Part shown: positions 37,301-48,200 of the stretch, piece after piece
How the letters are laid out: each line of letters opens with the position of its first letter
How positions within the stretch are numbered: the first letter of the stretch is position 1
Origin: Myxococcota bacterium
GTDB lineage: Bacteria; Myxococcota_A; Polyangia; Nannocystales; Nannocystaceae
Direction: 5' to 3'
NCBI GenBank assembly: GCA_039194325.1
Contig: JBCCWC010000008.1
Coordinates: 64,001 to 128,000 of the forward strand
DNA length: 64,000 nucleotides
The notes under the pieces: generated by a model
Told to the model about the DNA's origin: nothing
Seen by the model: only the letters and a program-made list of their open reading frames with translations
Database searches by the model: none
Position numbers and translations under genes: made by a program

Positions 37301-40300
37301 ATGGCAAGACCGAGGATGCACGAGGTGGGGGCCAATGACGGCGGCGACGCTGCGGATGACAGCGGCAAGACGGTGTCCCTGCCTGCACGCCCCGAGGACG
37401 GGGTTGACCAGGCCAAGGACTCGGCCGACCTGACCACGCAAGTCGAGGGCGCGACGAACCAAGCAAACTTGGCCCCCGATGACGCGCACGATGGTGACGC
37501 ACAGGGTAGTCGGTCCGCGACCAAGCGTGACTACGAGATGGCTGTACTCAAGGCGCGGGTAGCCCAGGCGCTGTTCGAAAGGCCAGTCCGCTCGCCCATG
37601 CTCGGTCGCTACGTCGTGCTCGACACGCTGGGCCAGGGTGGCATGGGCACCGTGTTCGAGGCTTTCGACCGCACGCTCGATCGTAAAGTGGCCATCAAGG
37701 TGCTGCATGCGGAGCTCGGCCGCGACGACACCGCCCGGCTGCTACGGGAGGCCCAAGCGATGGCCAAGCTGTCGCACCCCAACGTGGTGCCGGTGTTCGA
37801 GGTGAACACGGTGGATCGGCAGACCTTCGTGGTGATGGAGCGGGTCCAGGGCCCGACGCTTCGGGCTTGGATGCGCCAAGATCCACGCCCCGACTGGCGG
37901 CAATGCATCGAGGTGTTCATCCAGGCCGGTCAGGGCTTGGCGGCGGCCCACGCCGCGGGGTTGGTGCATCGTGACTTCAAGCCGAGCAACGTGCTCCTGG
38001 GCGACGAGGGCCGGGCGCGCGTGCTGGACTTCGGACTGGCGCGTCGGATCGAGGTGGAAGCGACGGACAGCGACAGGCTCGGCCACCTGGGGCGCTCGAC
38101 CGACAACGCGCCATCCCTGGCCAGCATCACGGCCGCAGGTACCCCGAGTGGAGCGACGCGGGCCGAGCAGACTGTTCTCGACCAGACGTTGACGAAGACC
38201 GGGATGGTGGTGGGAACACCGGCCTACATGCCACCCGAGGCCATGATGGGGCGCGAAATCGACGCGCGCAGTGACCAGTTCAGCTTTTGTGTGTCGCTTT
38301 ATGAAGCGGTGTACGGCGAGCGCCCGTTCGCGGGGGATACGCTCAACGAGCTGACAGCCTCGATGATGCGCGAGGGTGTTCGGCCGATCCCCACAGCAAG
38401 CCCCGTGCCCGAGCGGCTGCGCACGATCGTGCTGCGGGGCCTGGCGCTCGACCCCGTCAAGCGGTGGCCGTCGATGGAGGCGCTGCTGGACGAGTTGCGC
38501 ATGCTCGTGGCGCCACACACCCGGCGGTGGATGGTGATGGGGGTGACGACCGGATTGATGGCGCTTGCGGGAGGGCTGGCGTTGGGGCAGTACGCGGAGG
38601 TCAAGGATCGCTGCACCGGCGCCCAGGCCCAGATAGACGGGATCTGGGATGACGCTCGTCGTGAACAGGTGCAGGCGGCGCTCCTGGGCACGGAGCGCCC
38701 GTTTGCCGCGAGTACCTGGGAGCGCATCGAGCCGAAGCTGGATGCATACGCGGACGCCTGGATCCAAGCTCACACCGCGGCGTGTAGGGCGACCAGCGTG
38801 CACAGGGAGCAACCGCAGGAGGTACTCGACCTGGGCATGCACTGCTTGGGTGAGCGCCTCACGGTGTTGCGGGCCACGGTCGATATGCTGGCAGATGCCG
38901 ACGCCGAGCTGACGACCAAGGCCATCGAGTTGGTCGATGGTTTGCCGCCACTAACCCGCTGCGCCGATCTCGAGTGGCTGCAGCAGCAGAATCAGCGGGT
39001 GCCCCCGCCCGAGGACCCTGAGGTGGCCGAGGCGGTGCAGGCCCAGCGTGCATACCTGGCGAACATCACGGTGATGCAGAAGGCGGGCCGGTATGCTGAG
39101 GCGCTCGAGGCGGCGCAAGAGGTGGTAAAACAAGCCCAGGAGCTGGGGTACCCGCCGCTTCGAGCCGAGGCACTTCACCGGCGGGGAGAACTACGAACAG
39201 AGACTGGAAAGCATGCCGAGGCAGAGGAGGACCTGCGACATGCCTATGCGCTGGCGATCAGTCACCAGCACGATTTGGCTGCCCTCAACGCGGCTTCGGC
39301 CTTGACCTACGTGGTGGGCTATCAACTCGTGCGGCATGCCGAGGGCCAGCAATGGGGCGAGATGATGGCCCTGCCCCTGGCCCAGCGCAGCGGCGAGCCG
39401 TTGCAAGAAGCGCGAAGCCTGAGCACCCTTGGCATTGTGTTGTTGTCTCGGAAAGACCACCAGAGCGCCCAGCATCACTTTGAGCGAGCGCTGGCGATAT
39501 ATGAGAAGGCGGTGGGTCCCGACCATCCCCATGTGGCCGCAAGCCTGAACAGCCTGGGCGCTGTGTTCAACTCTATGGGAGACTACGAGAACGCCCAACA
39601 TCACTTTGAGCGAGCGCTGGCGATATGGGAGAAGGCGCGGGGCCCCGACCATCCCCATGTAGCCTACAGCCTGATCGGCTTGGGCGCTGTTTTTAGCTCT
39701 AAGGGAGACTACGAGGATGCCCGACATCATTACGAGCGAGCGCTGGCGATATGGGAGAAAGCGCTGGACCCCGACCATCCCAGTGTGGCCACTAGCCTAA
39801 ACAACCTGGGCGCTACGTTCAGTTCTATGGGAGACTACGAGAACGCCCAACATCATTACGAGCGAGCGCTGGCGATGATGGAGAAGACGCGGGGTCCCGA
39901 CCATCCCGATGTGGCCACTAGCCTGCACAACCTGGGCGCTATGTTCAGCTCTATGGGAGACTACGAAAATGCCCGGCATCATTATGAGCGAGCATTGACG
40001 ATACTGGAGAAAGCGCTGGGCCCCGACCATCCCCAAGTCGCTTATTCGCTGGTCGGGATGGCCAAGGTGGCGCTCAAGATGAATAACTCGATGTCCGCTC
40101 GGGCACATGCCGAGCGAGCCTTCTCGATCCGCGAAGCGGCTACGGTGGCACCCGAGCTGCTCGCCGAAGCTCGTTTCATACTCGCCCGGGCCCTGTGGAG
40201 CGAGCACAGCGAGCGCGCGCGAGCGCGGGAACTGGCCAAGCAGGCGCGGGAAGTGTGGCTCGAGGCTGAGAGCAAAAACTCGACCATAGAAGAATACCTT

Positions 40301-40345
40301 GCAGCGATCGACGCCTGGCTAGCCACGCACCGCGTCAAGCCCTAG
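37301..40345 (+). CDS. membrane Ser/Thr protein kinase with C-terminal TPR repeats
   Basis: GQGGMG, VAIK, HRDFKPSN, DFG, GTPAYMPPE, TM segment, 42-aa repeats with GPDHP.VA. Confidence 0.95.
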   Translation: MARPRMHEVGANDGGDAADDSGKTVSLPARPEDGVDQAKDSADLTTQVEGATNQANLAPDDAHDGDAQGSRSATKRDYEMAVLKARVAQALFERPVRSPMLGRYVVLDTLGQGGMGTVFEAFDRTLDRKVAIKVLHAELGRDDTARLLREAQAMAKLSHPNVVPVFEVNTVDRQTFVVMERVQGPTLRAWMRQDPRPDWRQCIEVFIQAGQGLAAAHAAGLVHRDFKPSNVLLGDEGRARVLDFGLARRIEVEATDSDRLGHLGRSTDNAPSLASITAAGTPSGATRAEQTVLDQTLTKTGMVVGTPAYMPPEAMMGREIDARSDQFSFCVSLYEAVYGERPFAGDTLNELTASMMREGVRPIPTASPVPERLRTIVLRGLALDPVKRWPSMEALLDELRMLVAPHTRRWMVMGVTTGLMALAGGLALGQYAEVKDRCTGAQAQIDGIWDDARREQVQAALLGTERPFAASTWERIEPKLDAYADAWIQAHTAACRATSVHREQPQEVLDLGMHCLGERLTVLRATVDMLADADAELTTKAIELVDGLPPLTRCADLEWLQQQNQRVPPPEDPEVAEAVQAQRAYLANITVMQKAGRYAEALEAAQEVVKQAQELGYPPLRAEALHRRGELRTETGKHAEAEEDLRHAYALAISHQHDLAALNAASALTYVVGYQLVRHAEGQQWGEMMALPLAQRSGEPLQEARSLSTLGIVLLSRKDHQSAQHHFERALAIYEKAVGPDHPHVAASLNSLGAVFNSMGDYENAQHHFERALAIWEKARGPDHPHVAYSLIGLGAVFSSKGDYEDARHHYERALAIWEKALDPDHPSVATSLNNLGATFSSMGDYENAQHHYERALAMMEKTRGPDHPDVATSLHNLGAMFSSMGDYENARHHYERALTILEKALGPDHPQVAYSLVGMAKVALKMNNSMSARAHAERAFSIREAATVAPELLAEARFILARALWSEHSERARARELAKQAREVWLEAESKNSTIEEYLAAIDAWLATHRVKP
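39473..40050 (+). repeat. 126-bp intragenic tandem repeat (about 4.6 units) encoding kinesin-light-chain-type TPRs
   Basis: CATCA(C/T)T..GAGCGAGC recurs at 39473, 39599, 39725, 39851 and 39977. Confidence 0.9.
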
Positions 40346-40371
40346 GGTTTCACCAACGCTGTTGTTGGCGA

Positions 40372-40974
40372 TCAGCCCGACTCCGACGTCTTCCGCGCCA
40401 CCACTCCGCGCGCGAACAGATCCCAGGCCGTCTCGAGGTAGGCATCGGCCACCGCGGAGTCTTCGGCCGCATTGGAGGGATCGGCAAACCACGCCTTCAC
40501 CAGCCCCAAGAAGGTGATCAGGATGAAGGGCGCGGGCACGTCGCTGCGCAGCACGCCCGCCTCTTGCGCCGCGCGCAGCTGCTCGATGCCGGCATCGCGT
40601 AGCTGCTGCACCATCTCGGTGGACTCACGATCCCCTTCGAGGGTGACCCAGGACATCAACCGCACCGTGTCGGGGTTGTCCCGCAAGAATCGAAAGTAGA
40701 CCCGCATGGACTCGCGCAGCAGGTCGGCGTTGGGGCCTCCCTGAGCGAAGAGCGCGATCTGCTGCTCGTTGTAGCTGGCAAAGCGCCGACGCTTCACCTC
40801 ACGCCACAGCGCGTCCTTGGATCCAAAGTGGTGGTGGATCAGACTCTTGGTGACCCCCGAGCTCTTGGCGATCTCACTCATCGAGGCGCCGGCGAAGCCA
40901 TGCGCCAAGAACAGGCGCTCGGCGGCGTCGAGGATCGCCGCCCGTGAGGCATCGGGGTCGTGTTTGCGCGGCAC
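40372..40974 (-). CDS. TetR/AcrR-family regulator
   Basis: ILDAAERLF..GF..ASMSEIAK.SGVTKSLIHHHFGSKDAL. GTG 40974. Confidence 0.94.
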   Translation of the reverse strand: MPRKHDPDASRAAILDAAERLFLAHGFAGASMSEIAKSSGVTKSLIHHHFGSKDALWREVKRRRFASYNEQQIALFAQGGPNADLLRESMRVYFRFLRDNPDTVRLMSWVTLEGDRESTEMVQQLRDAGIEQLRAAQEAGVLRSDVPAPFILITFLGLVKAWFADPSNAAEDSAVADAYLETAWDLFARGVVARKTSESG

Positions 40975-41024
40975 GTGGGGTCCGTAGAGGAGAAACCGTA
41001 GGATACAGCCCTTTGGCAGCCAAT

Positions 41025-41089
41025 GGAGCATGGGGGGAGCACGGCGGGAGCACGGCGGGAGCACGGCGGGAGAATCGCGGGAGCATGGG
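41025..41089. repeat. 11-bp tandem repeat (GGAGCACGGCG), about 6 copies
   Basis: Read directly in the divergent promoter region. Confidence 0.88.
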
Positions 41090-41104
41090 CACTTTCCAGT
41101 GGGT

Positions 41105-41133
41105 TTGACAGTTGACCCATGGTCACTTATTAC
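41105..41133 (+). promoter_or_regulatory. sigma-70 promoter with embedded operator
   Basis: TTGACA, 17 bp, TATTAC. The spacer holds the inverted repeat TGACC-CAT-GGTCA (41113-41125). Confidence 0.7.
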
Positions 41134-41186
41134 TCCAACTCGTCGTATCGACGATCGACGTACCGCGACCGAAACCGAGGTTTACG

Positions 41187-42629
41187 ATGGACGGCTCCGC
41201 TCCTTCCTCCGTGTTCACGCCCAAGCGGGCGGTCCCCGAGCTGCACGGGGATGCCCTCAATGCTCGCATCGACGAGATCTACGAAGCACAGCGCAAGCAC
41301 TTCGCCAGCGGTCGCACGCGGCCCTTGTCGGCGCGCGAGGATGCGCTGCGCTCGTTGCTGCACGCCTTCGAGACCAAGGAGAAGCTCATCATCGACGCTC
41401 TGCACGCCGATCTGCACAAGAGCACGGCGGAGGCTTACCTCACGGAGGTCGGCTACACGACGGCCGAGATCAAGCACGCGCTGCGCCATTTGGGCCGCTG
41501 GATGAAGCCGCAGTCGTGGCTGGCCCCGCTGGGGGTCGCGCCCTCGCGCAGCACGGTGCACTACCAGCCGCTGGGCATGAACCTCATCATCGCGCCCTGG
41601 AACTACCCGGTGCAGCTGGCCTTTGCTCCGCTGGTCGGAGCGCTGGCCGCGGGCAACGTGGCGGTGATCAAGCCCTCCGAGATGGCCCCGGCGTCGTCGG
41701 CCGCGTGCACCGAGATCGCGCGCGAGGCCTTGGCCGAAGAACACGTGGCCCTGCTCGAGGGCGGCGTGGAGACCTCGCAGGCCCTGCTCGCGCGTCGCTG
41801 GGACCACATCTTCTTTACCGGCGGCACCAGCATCGGCCGGATCGTGGCCAAGGCGGGGGCCGAGCACCTGTCGCGCGTGACGCTGGAGCTGGGAGGCAAG
41901 AGCCCGACGATCGTCACCGCCTCGGCCGATCTGGACGTGGCCGCGCGCCGGATCGTGTGGGCGAAGTTCATCAACGCCGGGCAGACCTGCGTGGCTCCCG
42001 ACTACTTGCTGGTCGAGGCCTCGGTGCACGACGGGCTGCTGTCGCGCATGAAGGCGGCGCTTGTCGACTTCTTCGGCAAGGATCCGCAGACCAGCCCCGA
42101 CCTGGGGCGGATCATCAACGACCACCACTTCCAGCGCCTGGTGCGGCTGCTCGACCCCAACAAGGTCGTGGTGGGCGGGACCCACGTGGAGGCCGAGCGC
42201 TACATCGCCCCCACCTTGATGACCGACGTGACCATGGACGACGCGGTCATGGGCGAGGAGATCTTCGGGCCGATCTTGCCGATCATGCGCGTCGACTCGC
42301 TCGAGGAGGCGATCGCCACGGTCGAGCAGCGGCCCAACCCGCTGGCGCTCTACCTGTTCACCACTAGCGCGCAGGACGAGCGCACGGTGATCGAGCGGGT
42401 CTCCTTCGGGGGTGGCTGCATCAACAGCGCGATCACCCACCTGGCCGACCCACGGCTGCCCTTCGGCGGGATCGGCGAGAGCGGGATCGGGGCCTACCAC
42501 GGCCGCGACTCCTTCGAGGTCTTCTCGCACCGCAAGGGGATCATGAAGATGGCCAACTTCCTCGATCCCTCGATCAAGTACCCGCCCTACGAGGGGAAGA
42601 TGGGGATCTTGCGCCGTCTGATCGGCTGA
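41187..42629 (+). CDS. aldehyde dehydrogenase (ALDH3 / fatty-aldehyde type)
   Basis: PWNYP, KPSE, FTGG, LELGGKSP, NAGQTCVAPDY, EEIFGP, PFGGIGESG. Confidence 0.95.
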   Translation: MDGSAPSSVFTPKRAVPELHGDALNARIDEIYEAQRKHFASGRTRPLSAREDALRSLLHAFETKEKLIIDALHADLHKSTAEAYLTEVGYTTAEIKHALRHLGRWMKPQSWLAPLGVAPSRSTVHYQPLGMNLIIAPWNYPVQLAFAPLVGALAAGNVAVIKPSEMAPASSAACTEIAREALAEEHVALLEGGVETSQALLARRWDHIFFTGGTSIGRIVAKAGAEHLSRVTLELGGKSPTIVTASADLDVAARRIVWAKFINAGQTCVAPDYLLVEASVHDGLLSRMKAALVDFFGKDPQTSPDLGRIINDHHFQRLVRLLDPNKVVVGGTHVEAERYIAPTLMTDVTMDDAVMGEEIFGPILPIMRVDSLEEAIATVEQRPNPLALYLFTTSAQDERTVIERVSFGGGCINSAITHLADPRLPFGGIGESGIGAYHGRDSFEVFSHRKGIMKMANFLDPSIKYPPYEGKMGILRRLIG

Positions 42630-42665
42630 CCCGCTAGCTCGTCGCCGCCGCCCACGAGTGTCGCC

Positions 42666-43343
42666 ATGGCCGTCAAGCAACGCGCTCGCAACCACGAGGA
42701 CAAGATCGCCCGCCGCCAGGCCATCTTGGCCGTGGCCGCTCGCCTGCTCGGCCGCCACCAGTACCACCGGATCACCATGGCCGAGGTGGCCCGACGCTGC
42801 GGCCTGGCCAAGGGTACGCTCTACCTCTATTTCCGCAGCAAGGAGGAGCTGTTCCTCGCCGCCCTCGAGGAGCAGCTGGCCGCGTGGCTCGATGCGCTGG
42901 CGGTCGAGCTGGCCGCCCTGGAGCCCGGGCCCCCCGGTGCCCCCGAGCGCTTCGCGGCGGTGGTCGCCCACACGCTGGCCGCCCGGGAGACCCTGTCCGA
43001 TCTGCTGCCGCTGCTGCACACCGTGCTCGAGCAAAACATCGACATCGACACCGCCGCCGCCTTCAAGCAGATGTTGCTGGACAAGGTCGGATCGGGCGGC
43101 CTGGCGGTCGAGCGCGCCGTGCCGGGCCTGCCCCCCGGCGACGGCGTCAAGGTGCTGCTGCGCCTGCACGCGCTGCTGGTCGGCCTGCGGCAGATGGCCG
43201 ACCCCTCTCCGACGGTCGCCGAGGTCCTCACGCGCCCCGAGATGGCCCCCCTACGGATCGAGTTTGAGAGCGAGCTGTCCGCGAGCCTGGCCGCGATGGT
43301 CCGGGGAATGCTGCGCATGCACCCCCTGCCCGCTCCCGAGTGA
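42666..43343 (+). CDS. TetR-family regulator
   Basis: ITMAEVARRCGLAKGTLYLYFRSKEELF. Confidence 0.94.
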   Translation: MAVKQRARNHEDKIARRQAILAVAARLLGRHQYHRITMAEVARRCGLAKGTLYLYFRSKEELFLAALEEQLAAWLDALAVELAALEPGPPGAPERFAAVVAHTLAARETLSDLLPLLHTVLEQNIDIDTAAAFKQMLLDKVGSGGLAVERAVPGLPPGDGVKVLLRLHALLVGLRQMADPSPTVAEVLTRPEMAPLRIEFESELSASLAAMVRGMLRMHPLPAPE

Positions 43344-43403
43344 ACTGCCGGTGGGGCTCAACCCGTGCACCAATGTCGATGACCGAATCCGGAGACGCGC
43401 CAC

Positions 43404-43649
43404 ATGTACATGACCATCCGAGATGAGCTCATCGCCCAAGGTCGAGCCGATGGCATGGCCGACGGCAAGGCCGACGGCAGGGCCGAAATGCTGGCCGAAA
43501 TGCTGGCGAGACTACTCGATACCCGCGGGTTCGCACTCGCCGAGGAGTTCCGCAAGCGAATTGCCAACTGCAAGGACGAGGCTCTGCTTCGTCGATGGTT
43601 CGATCGTGCCGTCACCGCCACGACGCTGACCGAGGTTTTCGACGACTGA
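43404..43649 (+). CDS. stand-alone Rpn C-terminal-domain (RpnS-like) small protein
   Basis: GGAGA RBS, MTIRDELIAQGRADG(MADG)(KADG)RAE, LL..RGF..RI..C.D..LLRRWFDRAVTATTLTEVF. In-frame stop at 43380. Confidence 0.75.
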   Translation: MYMTIRDELIAQGRADGMADGKADGRAEMLAEMLARLLDTRGFALAEEFRKRIANCKDEALLRRWFDRAVTATTLTEVFDD

Positions 43650-43764
43650 CCCACCCGGCCGTCTTCTCAACGACCCACCGCGCTTTTCGGGCCGCTCGCT
43701 TCATCTACTACATCGGGCGGCTCTATGGACGCTGCACCCGCCAGTACGCGCTCCAACGCGCAGA

Positions 43765-45156
43765 TCAGCGCGGTGTTCGCGGCCCTAGCTGGTCGGAGCG
43801 GTCCTGCGAGATCCGGTAGCGCTCGAGCACGCGAGCGTGGGCTTGCCGGACGGAGCTCACGTCGAGCACGACCAGGCAACCGCTCGACATCTCCAGGCGT
43901 AAGGTGTCCTTGGCGCCCTGCACCCGGTGGACGAAATCCTCCAGATCCCGCGGCTGGTGCCCGTCGACCGTGACCACCGACTCGCAGTAGCGCGCCTCGT
44001 AGCCCACGTTGACCTCGTCGGCCAACACCTGGGTCAGGGCCACCACTTCCTGCTGCTGCTCGGTGGGCATGCCAAAGTAGAAGTGATAGAGGAACTCCTT
44101 GGGCGCGACGTCCCACCACTTGCTCCAGGTCTGTAGGAAATTGAGGGACAGAGGCTGGAAGACCAGCCCGGCGTAGACGAAGTAGCGAGGGCGCACGTCG
44201 TACTGGCTATAGGCCACCAGCGGAGCCGAGGCCTTCAAGGTCAGGTCGACCTCGGTCCGCTGCCCGTCGCGAAGCAGCACCAACGGCAGCCGGTCACCGA
44301 TGTAGTGATCGCCAAGCACCACCGAGTACCCCGTGCGGTGCTGCCCCAAGTATTGGATCGTGGCGTTGTTGGCGACCGGGTAGCCGTCGATCTGCAAGAG
44401 CGCATCACCGGGTCGGACCACGCCGTGGGCCGACCCCCCGTAGGCCACCGAACGAACCATCACGCCGCTATCGCCAGGTCCCATCTTCAGGTACCGACGC
44501 AGCGTAGGGTTCTCCAGGGTTTGCCCGCGGATCCCCAGCCCTGGCACCGCCAGCGGTCGTGATTGCTCCACACCGGTCAAGAACCGCCGGATCAGCCGGA
44601 CCGGGACCATCTCGCCGATGTTCTCCGCCTCGTCGAGGCTCTGGAAGGCGATCCCCACGACTCGATCTTCGAAGAACACCGGGCCTCCGCTGTTGCCGTC
44701 GTTGATCGCCGCATCGACGGTGACCGCCAGCAGGCGGCGATCGGAGTGGGAGTAGCGCTGGATCTCGATCCGCGAGACCACGCCCTCGGTCACCGACAGC
44801 TCCTCGCCCCCCACGGGGAAACCCACCACGGAGACCTTGTCACCTCGACCGGGCAGCTCGCCCAGCTCGGCGATCTCCACCCCTTCCATGAACGCCGGTT
44901 CGTCGACCTCGAGCAGGGCGAGATCGGCGTCGTGACAGACTCCGATCGCACGCGCGGTGAACTTGTCGGGGGAGACCGTCGTCTGCACCCGGATGAAGGT
45001 GGCGTTGGCCACCACGTGAGCGCCGGTGAGGATCCGCCGCGGACCGATCACGACCCCCGAGCCCGTCCCGCTGGCAGGCATCGATGCCTGCCACGGGTTG
45101 TCGTAGTCGGGCTCTTGGGTCGTGGCGAAGATCCGAACGACGGAGTTTGGCCGCAT
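43765..45156 (-). CDS. HtrA/Deg serine protease with PDZ domains (plant Deg2-like)
   Basis: GSGVV, LTGAHVV, DLALL, DAAINDGNSGGP. No signal peptide. Confidence 0.92.
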   Translation of the reverse strand: MRPNSVVRIFATTQEPDYDNPWQASMPASGTGSGVVIGPRRILTGAHVVANATFIRVQTTVSPDKFTARAIGVCHDADLALLEVDEPAFMEGVEIAELGELPGRGDKVSVVGFPVGGEELSVTEGVVSRIEIQRYSHSDRRLLAVTVDAAINDGNSGGPVFFEDRVVGIAFQSLDEAENIGEMVPVRLIRRFLTGVEQSRPLAVPGLGIRGQTLENPTLRRYLKMGPGDSGVMVRSVAYGGSAHGVVRPGDALLQIDGYPVANNATIQYLGQHRTGYSVVLGDHYIGDRLPLVLLRDGQRTEVDLTLKASAPLVAYSQYDVRPRYFVYAGLVFQPLSLNFLQTWSKWWDVAPKEFLYHFYFGMPTEQQQEVVALTQVLADEVNVGYEARYCESVVTVDGHQPRDLEDFVHRVQGAKDTLRLEMSSGCLVVLDVSSVRQAHARVLERYRISQDRSDQLGPRTPR

Positions 45157-45286
45157 GTCCGGCCAGGCTAGCTCGCCTGCCGCCCCGGGGCCAAGGGCTC
45201 GACCGCCGGTGAGCCGCGCGCCACACCGCTGTCGACATCACCAGCCGTGCGCCTGGACGTGTCGTCGTGGCACTCGGGATGAGTGC

Positions 45287-48200
45287 CTACCCCGACTCCA
45301 CGCCCGACTCCACGCCCGACTCCACGTGACGTTCGGCCAGCCATGCCCGAACCTCCGCGAGGCAGATCCCCGTCTCGCCGCAGATCCCTATCGTGGCGAA
45401 CGCCTCCCGGGCCTGCTCGGCCAACGCGCGGGCTCGCACCCGGTCGCCAGAGTCATCGCCATCACCCCACAGCACACGGGCAAGCACGAAACGAGCCTCG
45501 GCCCACGGCACTGACCCGCGGGGCGCCTGCTCAGAAACCGAGACCGCACGCTCGGCATGCTGGCGTGCGAGCTCGAGATCCCCCTCCCACAGCGCAACCA
45601 TCGCCAGCCCCACCCAGGAGTAGACCGACTCCGGATGATCGGCCCCCAGCGCCTCGTGCTTGATCTGTCGAGCGCGCGTGAAGTAGCCCTTCGCTTCTTC
45701 GTACTCTCCCTCGTGAAGGGACAAATTGCCCAGGTTGTCCAAGACCAAGGCCACCTGAGGATGTTCGGCCCCCAGCGACGCCTCCCTCGTGTGCAAGGCT
45801 CGCTCGAAGTAGCCCTTGGCCTCCTCGTGCTCGGCCTTGCGCATGTGCATGCTCCCCAGGCCGAGCAAGACCGATACGACCTGGGGATGCTCGGGCCCCA
45901 GCGCCTTCTCCCGGGTCGATAGCGCCCTCTCGAGGCACTCCTTGGCCTCCTCGAAGGCTCCCAGGTACATGTGCGCACGCCCCAGGTTGTGCAAGATTAG
46001 GGCGACCTGGGGATGCTCGATCCCCAACGTCTTCTCTCGTATCTGCAATGCCCGTTCGAGATAGCCCTTGGCCTCCTCGTACTCCCCTTGGGTCGCATAT
46101 ACGCTGCCCAGGTTACTGAGCCCCATGGCCACCTGGGGATGCTCGGGTCCCAGCACCTCGCCCACGATCCGCAGCGCTCGCTCGAAGCAGCCCTTGGCCT
46201 CCTCGTACTCCCCCTGGCGTGTGTGTACATTGCCCAGGTTGATCAGGATCAAGGCCACATTGAAATCATCGGCCCCTGCCGCCTGCTCCATCAGCCGCAG
46301 CGCTCGCTCGAAGTAGCCCTTGGCCTCCTCGTACTCCCCTTGTTGACCGCACACACTGCCCAGCCGGTCCAGGCTATGGGCGACCTGGGTCTTGTTGGTG
46401 CCAGCGGCGATCCGCTCGGCCAAGGGCACGGCCACCTTGCCCCAAAGCCGCCCTTCGGCGGGCCTGTCTTGCCAGACTCCCACGACAAAGGTCAACGACT
46501 GAGCGGCGCGGAGCACCACCTCGTCGTGCCCATGCCGCAGGGCCTGCGCGTGGGCCTGCTCGAGGGCTTGCTCGGCGTCCTCGTACCGGCCATTACGGTT
46601 GAGCAGATCTCCATGCCAGTATTGGGCCTCGGCCAGCAGCGGGGGATATCCCAGGGCTCGTGCCTGCTGCACCACAGACTCGACCTGCGCCAGCGCGTCG
46701 ACGTACTGGCCCGCGATGCTCGCGGCCTCGATGTCCGCGAGCTGCTCGCGCATGGCGTCCACCTGCTGGGCCACCTCGGGGTCCTTGGGCGGAGGCATGC
46801 GCTGGTCGTACTGCTCCAGCCAGTCCAGGTCGTCGCAGCGGGTCACCACGGGCAACCCCCCGACGAGCTTCACCGCTCGGTCCACGACCGCGGCGTCGGC
46901 CCGCGCCAGCCGATCCACCGCGGCCCGCAACGCGGTGCGGTCCCGACCCAGGCAGGCCATGCGCAGGTGCATGGCTTCGTGGGTCTGCTCCCCTCGCACG
47001 CTGGTGGCCTCGCAGACCTCCGCGTGCTTGCGGGTCCAGTCGTCGGCATAGGCATCGAGCTGCAACTCCACCCGATTCCAGGTGTCGGGCGCATGAGGCC
47101 GCGCTGTGCCCAGGAGCGCCGCCTTCACCTCTTGCCGGCGGGCATCGCCCCAGATGCCGTCGAGCTCGGCGCGGGATCCTGTGCAGCGCTTGGCCATGTC
47201 GGCCTGGTAGGCCAGCGCCGCCCCCAGACCCCCCAGCCCCAGCGTAACCCCCGCCCCCAGCCCCAGCCAACGCCCCCTGCGCGGCGCCACCTGTTGCCGC
47301 AGCTGCTCGACCAAAGTCGACATCGACGGCCACCGCTGCTCGGGATCGGCGGCCAACCCCCGCAGCAACACCTTGCGTAGACGGACGGGGACCGCACTGC
47401 CCTTGGGTGCTGGCCGAGCCTTCGCACGGAGGATCGAAAACAACAGCGCCGTCAGCGTTCTGCCCGCAAACGGGCGCTCGCCGTAGAGCGCCTCGTAAAG
47501 CGCCACGCAGAAGCTGAACTGATCGCTTTGGACGTTGATGTCTTGGCCCCTCAGCTGCTCGGGCGACATATACGAGGGGGTGCCCACCACGACACCGACC
47601 TCGGTCAACGACTCGTCCATTGAGTTACGCTCTTTTCGATCCGTACTCGTCAGTGACTGGTCGATGCTCCGCTCGTTGTGGAGCTCGCCCGCCCGCCGTA
47701 CTAGCCCAAAATCGAGCACCCGGGCCCGCCCTTCGTCGTCGATGATGGCATTGCTGGGCTTGAAATCACGGTGAATGAGTCCACGCTCGTGGGCCGCGGC
47801 CAAGCCGGTACCCAGCTGCATGAACACATCGACGCATGCTCGCCAGGTGGGCCGCGGCTGCGTGCTCATCCACTCTGCAAGCGTCTGGCCTTCGACCAAC
47901 TCCATGGACACGAACGTCCGCCCCCGGGTCTGGCCCACCTCGTACACCTGCACCACGTTGGGGTGGGACAGCTTGGCCATGGCCTGGGCTTCGCGCAGCA
48001 AGCGAGCCGTGTGCGTCGGATCGCACTCTTGGTGAAGGACCTTGAGCGCGACCCATCGATCCAGGGAGGGATCGATGGCCTTGAACACCACCCCTCCGCC
48101 CCCCTGACCCAGGAGCCCCAAGACCACGTAGCGCTCCACCTCGAATGGGCGCCCCGACGTGCCCAGCCACTCCAGCGGCGACCACTCGTGCTCGGCCGCG

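Noticed and set aside
39473..40050. Possible DGR template/variable repeats
   Set aside because: In-frame TPR tandem units, differences not confined to adenines, and no reverse transcriptase in the window.
43404..43649. Active transposase / IS element
   Set aside because: No catalytic domain, terminal inverted repeats or target duplication seen.
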